Positions 24,716 through 36,849 of a DNA stretch of 64,000 bases are shown in pieces. The DNA comes from Anthoceros angustus. Taxonomy: Eukaryota; Plantae; Anthocerotophyta. The position numbers and the translations under genes were made by a program. The stretch is from assembly GCA_010909165.1 (NCBI GenBank), contig MU008158.1, forward strand, positions 769,478-833,477, read 5' to 3'. The notes below the pieces were generated by a model. It searched no databases. It had not been told where the DNA came from and saw nothing but the letters and a program-made list of their open reading frames with translations. The stretch's first letter is position 1. Every line of letters starts with the position of its first letter.

Positions 24716-27700
24716 ATGATGCAGTCCCAGGCCGGCGTGGGGCTGCCGGCTCCGCAGGGAGCCGAGCAGCAATGGATGTACCAGCAGCAGGCTGTCATGC
24801 AGCAGCAGCCGCAGCAATCGCACGACGAGGTCAAGACCCTTTGGGTCGGCGACCTCCAGTACTGGATGGACGAGAACTACCTTCACAATTGTTTTGCGCA
24901 CACCAATGAGGTACGCGGTGGCTTGCTGCAGCTGCCCTGGTCTGTGCTCGCCTGTGCCGGGCCTGGTTGTGTGGTAGAGTCCGGTTTAGTAACGTGTGAA
25001 TTTTCTCTCTGTGCAGGTGATGTCGGTCAAGATCATCCGCAATAAGCAGACGGGGTATTCGGAAGGGTACGGCTTTGTGGAGTTTGTTTCCCACGCAGCT
25101 GCTGAAAAGGTGTTGCAGACCTACAATGGGACGCAGATGCCACAGACGGAGCAGCCGTTTAGGTTGAACTGGGCTTCGTTTGGTATTGGTGAGAGGCGGC
25201 CGGAAGCGGGACCTGAGCACTCCATCTTTGTTGGAGATCTGGCGCCGGATGTTACGGATTACATGTTACAGGAAACTTTTCGGAGTCGTTATCCCTCCGT
25301 TAAAGGAGCTAAGGTCGTCACGGATGCGAATACAGGTCGCTCGAAGGGGTACGGATTCGTAAGGTTCGGCGACGAGATGGAGAGGAATCGAGCCATGAGT
25401 GAGATGAATGGAGTCTACTGCTCTAGTCGACCTATGCGTATCAGCGCAGCAACTCCCAAGAAGTCTTTAGGTCATGCTCAACAACCCTTTCACCAAGGTT
25501 GGTTTTTTACAGTTGTCTTGCATTACAGCTGCCGTCAGACAGCCGGAGAGCTATCTCGGCTCTTCTCCGAATAGCAGCTACCTGCCGTAGCTCATCCATA
25601 GGTGTCTTGAAAAGGGCCAACATGAAGCCTTATTTTGCAATTCTCTTTTCTCAGGGGTGCGAATTACGTGTGTCTGATTGCGTTTTTTTTCTGGTCACCC
25701 TGTCGCTCTGATGGTCATGGTAGCTGTTAGATACCTAAGGAATCTGTTGTCTGCCTCCTGATGTTGATTGAGCCCCATCCTTTTTGCCTAGCATGCTTCA
25801 CGGAGGCTAGACTCCCTTAGACATTCCTTGGACTGCCCGGTTATGTTTCCGCAATTCCCTGCTAAGTTCATTTCCTGGGCACCATTCAAAATTGCCTGGA
25901 GTATCCAGCAAAATTATGTGTGGGTTGGGACCCAGTTCTTTAAAGCTTATAAGCTCATTTGTCTTTAAGCAGGAGAGCAAGAGACTTTCTACACTGAGCT
26001 CAGTCCAGGAACAACTTGTCCTCCTTAAGAGGACTGTAAGGCCTTTTGACCTGGTTTAATGTTTATAGCTCTGAGATTTTCTAGTGTATGGAGACTGGTT
26101 TGAACAGAAAGCACGTTGCTGATGGAGAAGGCTCTTGTGTCGTGTGTTTGCAGCTGTTCCAGCAGCAACCGTCGTGGCTGCTCAGTATCAGGCACCAACC
26201 TATGGTGGGACTCCACCTCTGCAACAAGCTTTTGCAACTGATAATGATCCAAATAATACTACAGTATGCTAGATCTATCCAACCAACTTCAACATTTCAG
26301 CTGCTGGAAATGGTGTGTTGACATCTTACCTTCTACCTTTTTTTTTGAACAATTCCAGATCTTCGTGGGTGGATTGGATCCTAGTGTTACAGATGAAGAG
26401 CTGAGAGCGGTTTTTGCTCAGTATGGAGATTTAGTGTATGTCAAAATTCCTTTTGGCAAGGGTTGTGGGTTTGTGCAGTTCACTCACAGGTGAGCTTTTC
26501 GGTTTTTTTTTGGTGTTGAGAACCAAAGTGTTTCAAGAATGGTGTATGAGACGTTCTTCTCTTGTGCAGGGCTTGTGCGGAAGAAGCGCTAACTAGGTTG
26601 CATGGTACAGTTATTGGGCAACAAGCAATCCGGCTGTCTTGGGGAAGGAGTCCTGGTAACAAGCAGGTATGTCCACTGTGCCTATTGGGAGGCCATGCTA
26701 GTAGTTCTTCTACGAATGATTTTGTGTCTGTGGTATGATGACACAGCTGATGGGATCTATGTTTTCCTGTCAGTGGCAGTCTCCGGCTGGTTGGGGGCAG
26801 CCTCAGCCAGACCCAAACCCTTGGAATGTGGGTGGTTATTATGGTTACGGGCAGGGTTATGATGGATATGGTTATCCTCCACCCCCTCAAGATGCTGGAG
26901 CCTATGCATATGGTGCCTATCCGTATGGACATTATCCTCAGCAGGTAAGCTAGAGTTCCAAGGATGGCTTGGGGTTCACAGACAGTAATTCTGTCTTTTG
27001 AGAATGTCTTATCGTATGTACAGGTTTAAGTTACACCAGAAACAATTTGGTTCCACGATTATGGCGGTGGTGTTGTTTTGAACCTGGTATGCAAGCATAG
27101 TTGGATGAGAAAAGGAGACTTGGCCGGTGGTTTGATGTATGCATGATGTGGTGCTAATGCTGAATGTCGCATCTCTTGTTAGATTTGTAGGTTGGAATAA
27201 GATTTGAGTGCTAGTCCATGCTTGAGATCTTTTGTCCGCTCCCTCCAGTAGTGAATTGGGCAAGGGTTTACATTCAAGAACCTCCTCTTGTCTGGCTCTT
27301 TTTGCATGAACTCTAGATTGAAGCTCAATCTGGGATAGCAAGTGCTTCCATCACCAGCTCAGGACATGCAGCCGAACATAAGGAGGATGAAATCGTCGAC
27401 CCCCTGGCACCTCCTGATATTGACAAGTGAGTTTTGAGGAGTCCAAGCCTCGTTTTTCTTTCGTTCGGTTCTACTGAGGCCTGTTTATGTGTTTGTCCTT
27501 GTCAGGTCTAGTAGTCTTCTCTATGTCAGGTTCCCTTTTAGAGTAGACCTGCTGAGCTGTGTCCCTCTTATCAATCGTGCATGTTTCCCATTTGTCGTGG
27601 CCCTCAATACTGCTGGATAATGCAACCTCCTGAGTGGGATCCTTATGTTTGACAATGTCTCTGCAGATTGAATGCAGCGTACATTGCTTTACATGAGCCT

Positions 27701-27763
27701 CCCTTGCTGGGACGTCATCTGTGGCTGAAGACATCTGAACAAGCGCAACCTGCCAATGCCTGA
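24716..27763 (+). CDS. RBP47: Polyadenylate-binding protein RBP45/RBP47 family (three RRMs), multi-exon
   Basis: Q-rich N-terminus, RRM1 TLWVGDLQYWMDENYL, RRM2 IFVGDLAPDVTD...SKGYGFVRF, RRM3 IFVGGLD...KGCGFVQF, a GY-rich tail, and terminal exons encoding DPLAPPDIDK|LNAAYIALH...LWLKTS (stop 27761-27763). Confidence 0.92.
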
Positions 27764-28158
27764 ACTAGTTTGTGGACTCTGCCGTGCCGTAGCGTTTAGG
27801 GACTAGGCTCTCGGGAGGGCTGGGTGCCAAAGTAGTCAAGTCATCCGCCAGAACCGGAGTCAGCTTCCCTTCTGGAAGCTGGCGGTACTGGCTGCTGAAA
27901 TGAACCGATCACACCTGTCGGAATAGCAGCCGTTGTAAATTTGATGGGCATCTCTCCCGATTGTACCGTTTCGTCGCGTGTTGCGGCTTGACGACCGCCA
28001 CGTTCGGTTGTCTTATTCGACTGTTGGATCCTATTTCTCTGGTCCCTTCCATGTGTGTCAGCAGTAGCAAATTGGTATGTCGGTATAGCATGCGCCGGTG
28101 ATCGTGGTTGTGAAAAACTGGTGGAGAAGAGGGAAGTGTAGTAGAGGGAAGCGGAGGA

Positions 28159-29025
28159 ATGGCGTTGGCTGTTCCGCCGGGAGTGGCAGAGCCTGCCATG
28201 TATCCGCTGCATCGCACCAAGGTGGTGTACCTCGTGAGACATGGCCAGGGCTTCCACAATGTCGCGGGTGAGCTGGATCACAAGGCATACGAGTCCGTGG
28301 AGTTCCTCGACGCCAGCCTCACTGCGCAAGGATGGCAGCAGGTTGCTGCGCTGCGGAAGCATGTGCGGAGCACTAGGATCTTAGACGATGTAGAGTTGGT
28401 GGTGACATCGCCATTGACACGGACAATGCAGACAGCGTCTGGGGTTTTCGGAGGTGGCGACGTTGTCCAGGGCGACTCCAGTCCGCCCCTGATGGTGGAG
28501 GGAGTGGGGAAAGCGGATCACGCCGCCATATCCAGTGCGTCTGCGCCGCCGTTTGTAGCTGTGGAGTGGTGCAGGGAGCATCTGGGGATCCACCCTTGCG
28601 ACAAGCGGCAGACCGTCTCGGAGTACAGGAACCTCTTTCCTGCTATTGATTTCTCGGAAGTGGTAACCGATGAGGACACCTGGTGGAAAGCGGATGTCCG
28701 GGAGACGGAGGAGGAGTTGTTCGCTCGAGCTAGGGTTTTCCTCCGATGGGTGCTGGATCGCCGGCAGACCAGGATCGCCGTTGTCACTCACAGTAGCTTT
28801 CTGAACCATCTGGTTGGCCAGTTTGGTCACGATTGCACACCGGTGGTCAAGATGGAGCTCACGGCCGGATTTCGGAACTGCGAAATGCGGTGTGTCGTCA
28901 TCGCCGATCGTAACGCCACATCGTCAGTTCCCATCGGTCCGGTGCTGAATTTTCCCGGAGGTTCCCCGCCTGGGCCATCTGCTGGTAGTGACCTTGCGGA
29001 TGTGAGTGAAAACGGATCAGCGTAG
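28159..29025 (+). CDS. Phosphoglycerate-mutase-like histidine phosphatase, intronless
   Basis: YPLHRTKVVYLVRHGQGFHN, SPLTRTMQTA, EHLGIHPCDKR, IAVVTHS and NCEMR. Confidence 0.92.
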   Translation: MALAVPPGVAEPAMYPLHRTKVVYLVRHGQGFHNVAGELDHKAYESVEFLDASLTAQGWQQVAALRKHVRSTRILDDVELVVTSPLTRTMQTASGVFGGGDVVQGDSSPPLMVEGVGKADHAAISSASAPPFVAVEWCREHLGIHPCDKRQTVSEYRNLFPAIDFSEVVTDEDTWWKADVRETEEELFARARVFLRWVLDRRQTRIAVVTHSSFLNHLVGQFGHDCTPVVKMELTAGFRNCEMRCVVIADRNATSSVPIGPVLNFPGGSPPGPSAGSDLADVSENGSA

Positions 29026-30298
29026 GATCGGAAGTGTAACTAGCGAGCTCTCTGGTATTTGAAATGGACACATTAATTCATGTGTGACTTGTGAGCGTTG
29101 CCGTAGTTGAGGAAGTGCTGGAGCTCTTGCTCGGTTCTCAGCTAGTTTTTAAGATTTTTTGTCGGACAACCTGTCCAAACGGTCTTGCGAGGTTTTCCAG
29201 AGAGCATTTGATGTTTCCGTTCCTGTGGAAATGCTGGACCAGGCTTGGTGTGAAGAGACACAACGAGTTAGGTCTCAAAAACCTTGCGCGTGCGGTGCAA
29301 AGGGCCACATGACCTGCTTGTATCACTTGCGTGCATTTATCGTAAGTACATTCACGGGCATGCCGCGGGATTGGAACAAAAGAGACAGTGCGACCATGTA
29401 GGTAGTAGATACACGAAGCAAATATGTTCGCCTGTGCTGAAATATCAAGTGTATGTCTTCGCAAAAAATAAAAATATTAAGTGTATGCAGTACACCGCGC
29501 ATAGGATCATGCTGCTAAAATGTAAAATCGTCCCGTTCATGACTACCTAGGTAACCGTGTATCTAGGGTTTTGTAGTGTAATTCATGCTAGAGCACCGGC
29601 TTGACCTTATGATCAATAAATCAGCCTTTTTGTTTGGAACTTTTTTTTTTATCGCGATTCTAGGATCTTTGTAGAATAGAATCAAGCTCGAAGATCCGCA
29701 CAGGGAAGGGGTAGGCGGAAACAAACCAAGCCCGAGGCACAGACATAAAGCTAGGGAAGCACGACGGCCAGACACACAAGGGAGATACTGAATATGTGAC
29801 CGTCTGACAGACACCTAGTTAAAAGTCTAAACTAGATTGTCTAACCAACGGGCCCCATTGGGCCAGATTTCGCCCGGTGTAATCACAACCTTGCCACAGC
29901 GCGGGCGGTTTGGAGGAGGTCTGGTGGAAAGCAAGTCCGGCAGAACTGGGAGTAACCAATAGAAGGGCGAACACGTAGTCAACTGTAAGGTCAGCCGGAC
30001 ATGCAGGCGGCTGCCGATCGTAGAAAGCTGACAAAAGCCGTTAGGGCCTGACTCGAGCGACAGCAGGAACTCACGATCCGGGGACGCAACTGGAGTGTCG
30101 GAACGAGACAAGGAGTAAACAAGGGGTACGGGATGCAGGCCGATGGCAAGCGCGAGGCACGAAAGAACACGCCCTCAAGGGGCGCTTACACCCGGTTGGC
30201 TTCACCAAGGAGAGGAGGGTGTCGCTCACTTTTCACGTCGGTTCAATATTCGTGAGCTCTCCGTCTTCCTGCCCTCTGGCGCTCCTTCCTCAGGCGAG

Positions 30299-31853
30299 CC
30301 AACTCCCTTACACTTGTGCGACCAAGCATCTGGAGGCGCATCCGGTCCTACATCAAGCCAGCGCAATAGAAAAACAGCCCAACCGCAACAGAGCTCAACA
30401 CTTTTGGAGATGGCACCCAAGAAAGCGATGGTGGTGGAGCTAAAACCTACAAAAAAAAAACGTAAATTAGGCATATAACTAGGAGACACACTGAAAGTAT
30501 TCGGTAATAACCAAAGAGACTTAAGCAATGACACTCACCTTATTTTGGAAAATTGACTGTACAATTATACAAATTGAAAATCTAATTTTCACGTCCACTT
30601 GGTTTCATTGGTACAACTTGTCCAACATTATCCCATTTGGCCAGAAGTTGTTGAAGTTGAGCGCTTCGAAGAAATTCATCATTTTCCTGTAAGGTCACAA
30701 CCTAATCAAACACAAACATTAGTTTTCACTCTACTAAAAGAAATTACGGAGGATAACATCACTTACGCTCCGCGATTTTCGTGATTGGCACTAGGCATTT
30801 ATCGAGGCCCATGATCATTCTGATTCTGTTGTTTCTCCCACTGCATTCTCCGCATCTCTTTATGCTCTTTCTGCTGTTGTTTGAGTTTTTCTTGATGTTT
30901 CAAGTGTTCTTGTCTTCTTTCCACATTTTTTCGCCTTTGAATCTCAAGAGCTTTCTCCCTCTCCTTGGACACTCGTAGTTCAACAGCTTACGCCCCTGTC
31001 TCTCAATCAGACAAATCTTTGTGCCTCCAAATCTTTTTGCCGTTGAAACTCCCTTTCCTGTTTGTCTATCATACTCCAACTCCCTTACACTTGTGCGACC
31101 AAGCATCCGGAGGCGCATCCGGTCCTACATCAAGCCGCAATAGAAAAACAAACCCCAATGAGCTCAACACTTTTGGAGATGGCACCCAAGAAAGCGATGG
31201 TGGTGGAGCTAAAACCTACAAAAAGCGTAAATTAGGCATATAACTAGGAGACACATTGAAAGTATTCGTAATAACCAAAGAGACTTAAGCAATGACACTC
31301 ACCTTATTTTGGAAAATTGACTGTACAATTATACAAATTGAAAATCTAATTTTCACGTCCACTTGGTTTCATTGGTACAACTTGTCCAACATTATCCCAT
31401 TTGGCCAGAAGTTGTTGAAGTTGAGCGCTTCGAAGAAATTCATCATTTTCCTGTAAGGTCACAACCTAATCAAACACAAACATTAGTTTTCACTCTACTA
31501 AAAGAAATTACGGGAGGATAACATCACTTACAGTTCCTGACAGATTTTCGTGATTGGCACTAGGCATTTATCGAGGCCCATGATCATTCTGATTCTGTTG
31601 TTTCTCCCACTGCATTCTCCGCATCTCTTTATGCTCTTTCTGCTGTTGTTTGAGTTTTTCTTGATGTTTCAAGTGTTCTTGTCTTCTTTCCACATTTTTT
31701 CGCCTTTGAATCTCAAGAGCTTTCTCCCTCTCCTTGGACACTCGTAGTTCAACAGCTTACGCCCCTGTCTCTCAATCAGACAAATCTTTGTGCCTCCAAA
31801 TCTTTTTGCCGTTGAAACTCCCTTTCCTGTTTGTCTATCATACTCCAACTCCC
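30299..31853. repeat. ~777-bp direct tandem duplication with ccaactccc at all three junctions
   Basis: ccaactcccttacacttgtgcgacc occurs at 30299 and 31076, and ccaactccc again at 31845. The copies differ by small indels. Confidence 0.93.
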
Positions 31854-32699
31854 GTTCTCGGGAGATATCAGCCAAACGGTGCTCAAAACTGCTTGAATTT
31901 TCATTCCCAGTCCCATTCTGCAAAACCACATCCGAGGTAATATGGCCACATTTCTGTCCTATTGCACTTCAGACGTTTCATCACAATGACTTGGCACAAT
32001 AGCCTGCAACTGAGGGGCCACTGCATTATCAATGTTGAAAGGTGGAACTATAAGGCTGCTCAAACTGGTGGCTGAGATTGCATCTCTAGTAGATAGATTT
32101 GATATCTGCCAAAAGCACAGAATCAGACCAACTCCAAATGAAATGAGGAAACTTGACGGTCAGAAACTTAACCTTGCCATCATTTTGAATTTGAATGAGA
32201 GACCCTGTCATTGGTCTACTGTTATTGATCTGCAATTCCTGAGCACTGCTTTCAAACACTGCATCCATGGCTCCACCATCCTTTACCTATGAAAGCACAA
32301 GAGGTTAAAACACATCACCAAAAAGGGTCTGTCAGTAAAAAAAGAACATGAAATACCACCCTGAACTTCAGGACACCAAATGCCACTTCGAAGAATATTT
32401 GGTGTACTGCTGACATTGTTCTACAGTCTGTTTTCATGATGGATAATAGGGCTAGCAACAGACATAACCTGACAATAAAAATAGGAGTCATAACACACTA
32501 TAATATAACAGAGATTCTAAAAACCAGTCCACAGATTTCTTACTTACATTCTCAACACGTTGAACTTGTAAGGGAAATTGACTGCAGGCCTATATATAAC
32601 TCACAATGTCAAAATATTTTCAAGCCAAATAGCTTTTCCTCATGACCAAATACACTTACATTTTCAGGCTGACTTGCGAATACAGCTTCTGGAGTCACA

Positions 32700-34503
32700 T
32701 TGAGAACAGTTGATGGAAGCACACCACGCAAGTCGTCTTGCATACGATTGAGTTCTTCATTCAGCAACTATTTGTATGATCTTCGTTCTCCAGGCACAAG
32801 AACCCTTGCCGCTGCTGCCTGCTTTGCTTGCCCTTAACGGTCACACCTACGAAAAACCACAAAATATCGGAAAAAAGTAGACAAGCATCAAAAATAAAGA
32901 GGCCATTGCAATATACCTTGAGAACCCAACATCTGTTCTGTGCCCAGTAACACTTCTTCCTGCGTCAGAGGGCGCCTGAGCCATTGTTAGACGTGTTGGG
33001 TTCTGTCATCGTCTTCATATACCATGACAGCATCCCTTTGGAAACCCACAGTTTTGCATACCACGCCTGGTTTAACAGTTTTTCGTTAGTGTGATATAGC
33101 AAAGAATTACCCAAATTGGAAGCATTAAAACTTACATTTGATCTCGGATTGTCAATTGGCGACTTGAAGAGAAACCCTTGGATAGCCTTGTTTTGGTCAC
33201 TTTCGGTTCACTTTGGCGAGTGATCAATAATAGCTCTGAAGGTTTGGATCACATCCAACTCATAGTTCTTCACCTTTGGCCGAAAGTGCTCGCTCTGGTA
33301 GTTGTGCATATCAACCTTATAGTTTTTGGACATTCGTTCCTCATATTTGCAAACAAAATACAAATTAGCCACACCAGATATTTAAACAAGTATATTTTAA
33401 ACAAACACGTGGGGACATATTGAACAAATTTCCGCCTGAATCTGATGCAAAGGTAAAGTCTTTGATCAGAAGATTGTGTAACTCCTCTCCACCACGAACC
33501 CCAAACCGATTCATACAAAAGAATGCACACCTGCTCCAAAACAGCTTAAGCTCATATACAACCAATTTCTCCAACTTAATACAGAAGTAAAGAACAGAGA
33601 CAAACCTCTTTTGAGCGCCACGTCCAAATGAACACTGGTAGTTCCTGTGGGCTAATATCCTCCGCTCATCATCATCAGAGATGAGCTTCACCTCCTTTCG
33701 GCACAATACAATTCCAAGGTCCTTGCTGATCTTCATCGAGGCAACCAGGGCAGCATGTGCCCCATGAAATATACCATGGAACATATTGATAATTGAGACA
33801 TCAGAACCCAAACAGCTTTGATCCAGGACCCACTTTCTCATGAGAATTCAATTGAACCCTCGAAAGAAGGACATCAACCTGAAAGTAAGGAAAGGGTTAG
33901 ATGCTAGTATAGCAAAAACGAGAAAACACAAAGGGGAACACACTTACGTTTCTGGGGAGAACCTGGAGTTGTCCTTCAAATTGCGCACTTGGTGGAAGAA
34001 AAGTATTAGAATCAAGTTAAGATCCCTATGGGGATGTCCTCTACCACTCTATCCCAACCCCTGACACCACTAACTTTCATGAATGCTTTCAGACGACTAC
34101 GACACCAATTGTTTTGACGTTTTGACTTATCCTCACCACCACTCAGGGCATCATCAACAGCACCATCAGGAACAGAGGGGTCAAACCCCTGCTCTCTGAA
34201 ATTAGCTTCATCCTCTATCTCTTCCACGCCCATTGCAAAATCATCTTCAGGGTCCACATATCTCAGTCTTTCAAACATATCAAGGCACTCTTGATCAGGC
34301 ACCACTTCAAGGTGGGGGGCAACTACAAGCATCGGGACAAGAACGCCATCAATTTTATCATCATCATTCAGAGGGTGGGTAATAGTATGTGCAATTGCAT
34401 ACTTGATATGTTGTTTTGTGAAGGGCTTTGACATGCCTTCAAACAAAGGTACTTGTTTTTTCCCCGGTCCAGCAGGTCCAGTAAGTTTCCTTTTTGGAGC
34501 CAT
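32700..34503 (-). pseudogene. Spliced tyrosine-recombinase gene of the Crypton/DUF3504 type, decayed
   Basis: Spliced translation includes ASMKISKDLG...KEVKLISDDDERRIL...GAQKR|CAFFCMNRFGVRGGEELHNL (catalytic Arg), YEERMSKNY (Lys), FLFKSPIDNP|AWYAKLWVSKGMLSWYMKTM and TRL...GRSVTGHRTDVGFSR|CD (TGH box; Tyr replaced by Cys). Stops at 33208-33210 and 32834-32836. Confidence 0.75.
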
Positions 34504-36849
34504 CTAAAAAACAAAGTAACGTCAGAGAATTATGAATAGTATTGCAGGAACAACAGGACAAAAGAAACAATGGTATTTGACTTACTTGTGAAACCGAGAA
34601 TTCCGGATGAAACCTGCTGGAAGGTTTAGAAATTGATGATCAGATGATCAAGGCAGAAGCAAGGGCGATTGGAACAATTGTGACAACAAAAACATCTTGA
34701 AGCTACACAGAAAATTTCATCCCCTTCGCTTTTTTATGGAGATGGGACAATTTGATATCTTCAACCTTATTACTCTGGAACTGGACACACTCAAGAATGG
34801 AATATCGAAGAACCAGTGCCAAACAACATTAAGAAAAATTTCTAACCCTATACCAAGGAAAAAAACACAAAAATTTATCTTAAGACAAAACATATTAAGA
34901 TTCAGCCAATCAGACACAAAGACAGACTCAAGTTTTAAGATTTCCCCAAAGGACATGGAGGCCAACCCTACAATCATTGCAATGACCTGAAACCAAAAAA
35001 ACAATTTTCAGCAATGGAATGAGAGATTCCTACTCTAGACGTACATAGTTTTAGAAACAACTCCCGAACAAACACCTATAGATTAAGCAAAGGTTACTTC
35101 AAAGAGGCGAAAAAACAAATAACCATCGCACACTTACAGTTAAAATGCACACAGTTACACAAAAGTGAATCTCAGAGACACCTCAACCACCACAGAACCT
35201 GCAAACAGAAAATATTTTCAGTGAACAATAATAGTAACATAACAATTGCCAAAACGACAAGATAAAATTATATATAAGAAATCATCTAACAAACACCATC
35301 CATCATAAGAGCAAACAAGACTAAAACAACAAATCAACCCTAACTACAATTACTAACAACATGCTTGAATGCAAGTCCCAAATCAGACAGACCAATCCCA
35401 CATTTAAAAAACATATGATCAGCAAAGATATCACACAGTTCAACAAACACGCGAGGCTGACAGACATAATCTGAAGAGATTACGGGACCTCAACTACGCT
35501 AATGTTAAGATCAAAACAGACATGCGCAGATAAAATCAGAGAGACATCACAATACAAAAACTAGGAATCAGTCACACAATTCTCGAAGGTTGACCAACAA
35601 AGGGACATAGACCAAAACTGACAGACAAAGAAACAAGATTGCAAACTGACAGAAAATGAGACATGAAATACACTGATGAGAAAACATAAAATCAGCTTCA
35701 AACTCTAACGTAAAACAGTTTGGGTTTGATTCCGTGTTTGTACTGAAATCTGCCTGGTGGAGTGTAAATGCATTGACCGAGTCACCGAGTAGGCGGACTG
35801 CCCCGGGGAGGAACATCATGGCTCTGGTTACGAGCCCTAACACGTGGTGGTGAGTGCAGGTGCTGAAGAGCTTCGAGCCCTGTTCCTCGTAGGAGGACGG
35901 AGGAGTTAGGCGTGCCGGAGCAGCTGCTAGCGATAAGAGCAGTGGAGCCAAGAAAGGAAGGTGCCCGAGCTGGCCTTGCTTATGCAGACCCGACCGCGGA
36001 GGTACTGCAGCAGCCCCGCCTCACCCAGAACGTGGAGCCACACCCTGAACGAACTGCAGAAGAGAGGGATCGAGTGGAGGATAACTATCGTGAGAAGAAC
36101 GAGCATGGAGGGGCTAGGGGCTGCTAGCCAAGGGACGCGGACAGGTCCGCAAACGTATGGTAATGCTATACTTTAGCCGGTAGAGACTGCTATGGAATAC
36201 GGTAGAGTATGAGACGAAAGAGAGTGCGCGGAAGAAGTGTGGGTGGGGGCTCGGATCGACCAGGGGCTGTAACCTTAGGCAGTTGGTACTGCGGAAGGTG
36301 ACCCACCGAATGGTCCGGTTCGTTGATCGGGTTGGGCTGTCCCCCAAGTATTTCTTTTGGCATAAAGAGAGTTTGGCCGCTCGGGCTCACTTGCGGATCT
36401 TGTCCTCCCAAGATCGATCGTGAAAGGCTGAAAGGACAGTACCGCCCAAGGCCAATGAGTACCGCCGGCATGCATGGGGGTCCGGTGAATTCTCAATGCC
36501 CGGTGGTCTGGGGAAAACGATCGCAAGGGCCGGATGATGGTTCTAAGGAGCGGCTTGGGAACAACATTACCTCACATACATCATTATCACCCCGAGGGTT
36601 CCTCGGCGGCTGCTTCTTTCAGAAGTCCGATGGGGCAGGCCCTAGTGTCTGAGGTAAGTCCGTTAGTGTTGGTGCGGACCGAATGGGGTTCCACCCAAAG
36701 TAGTTAAGAAAAATAGGTTGACGGTGTAGGCATGAAACATTCCCTTAGGATCGAACCACTTAGTACACGATTACGGGACATAGTGTGCGCCCAGCTGGTC
36801 TGCCAGCAAAAGTCCGTCCACAATACTTGCTAGAAAGAATTCTTTGGAT

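Noticed and set aside
25763-25782. tgattgagcc seed resembling miR171
   Set aside because: Only 10 nt match, no hairpin, and it lies in an intron.
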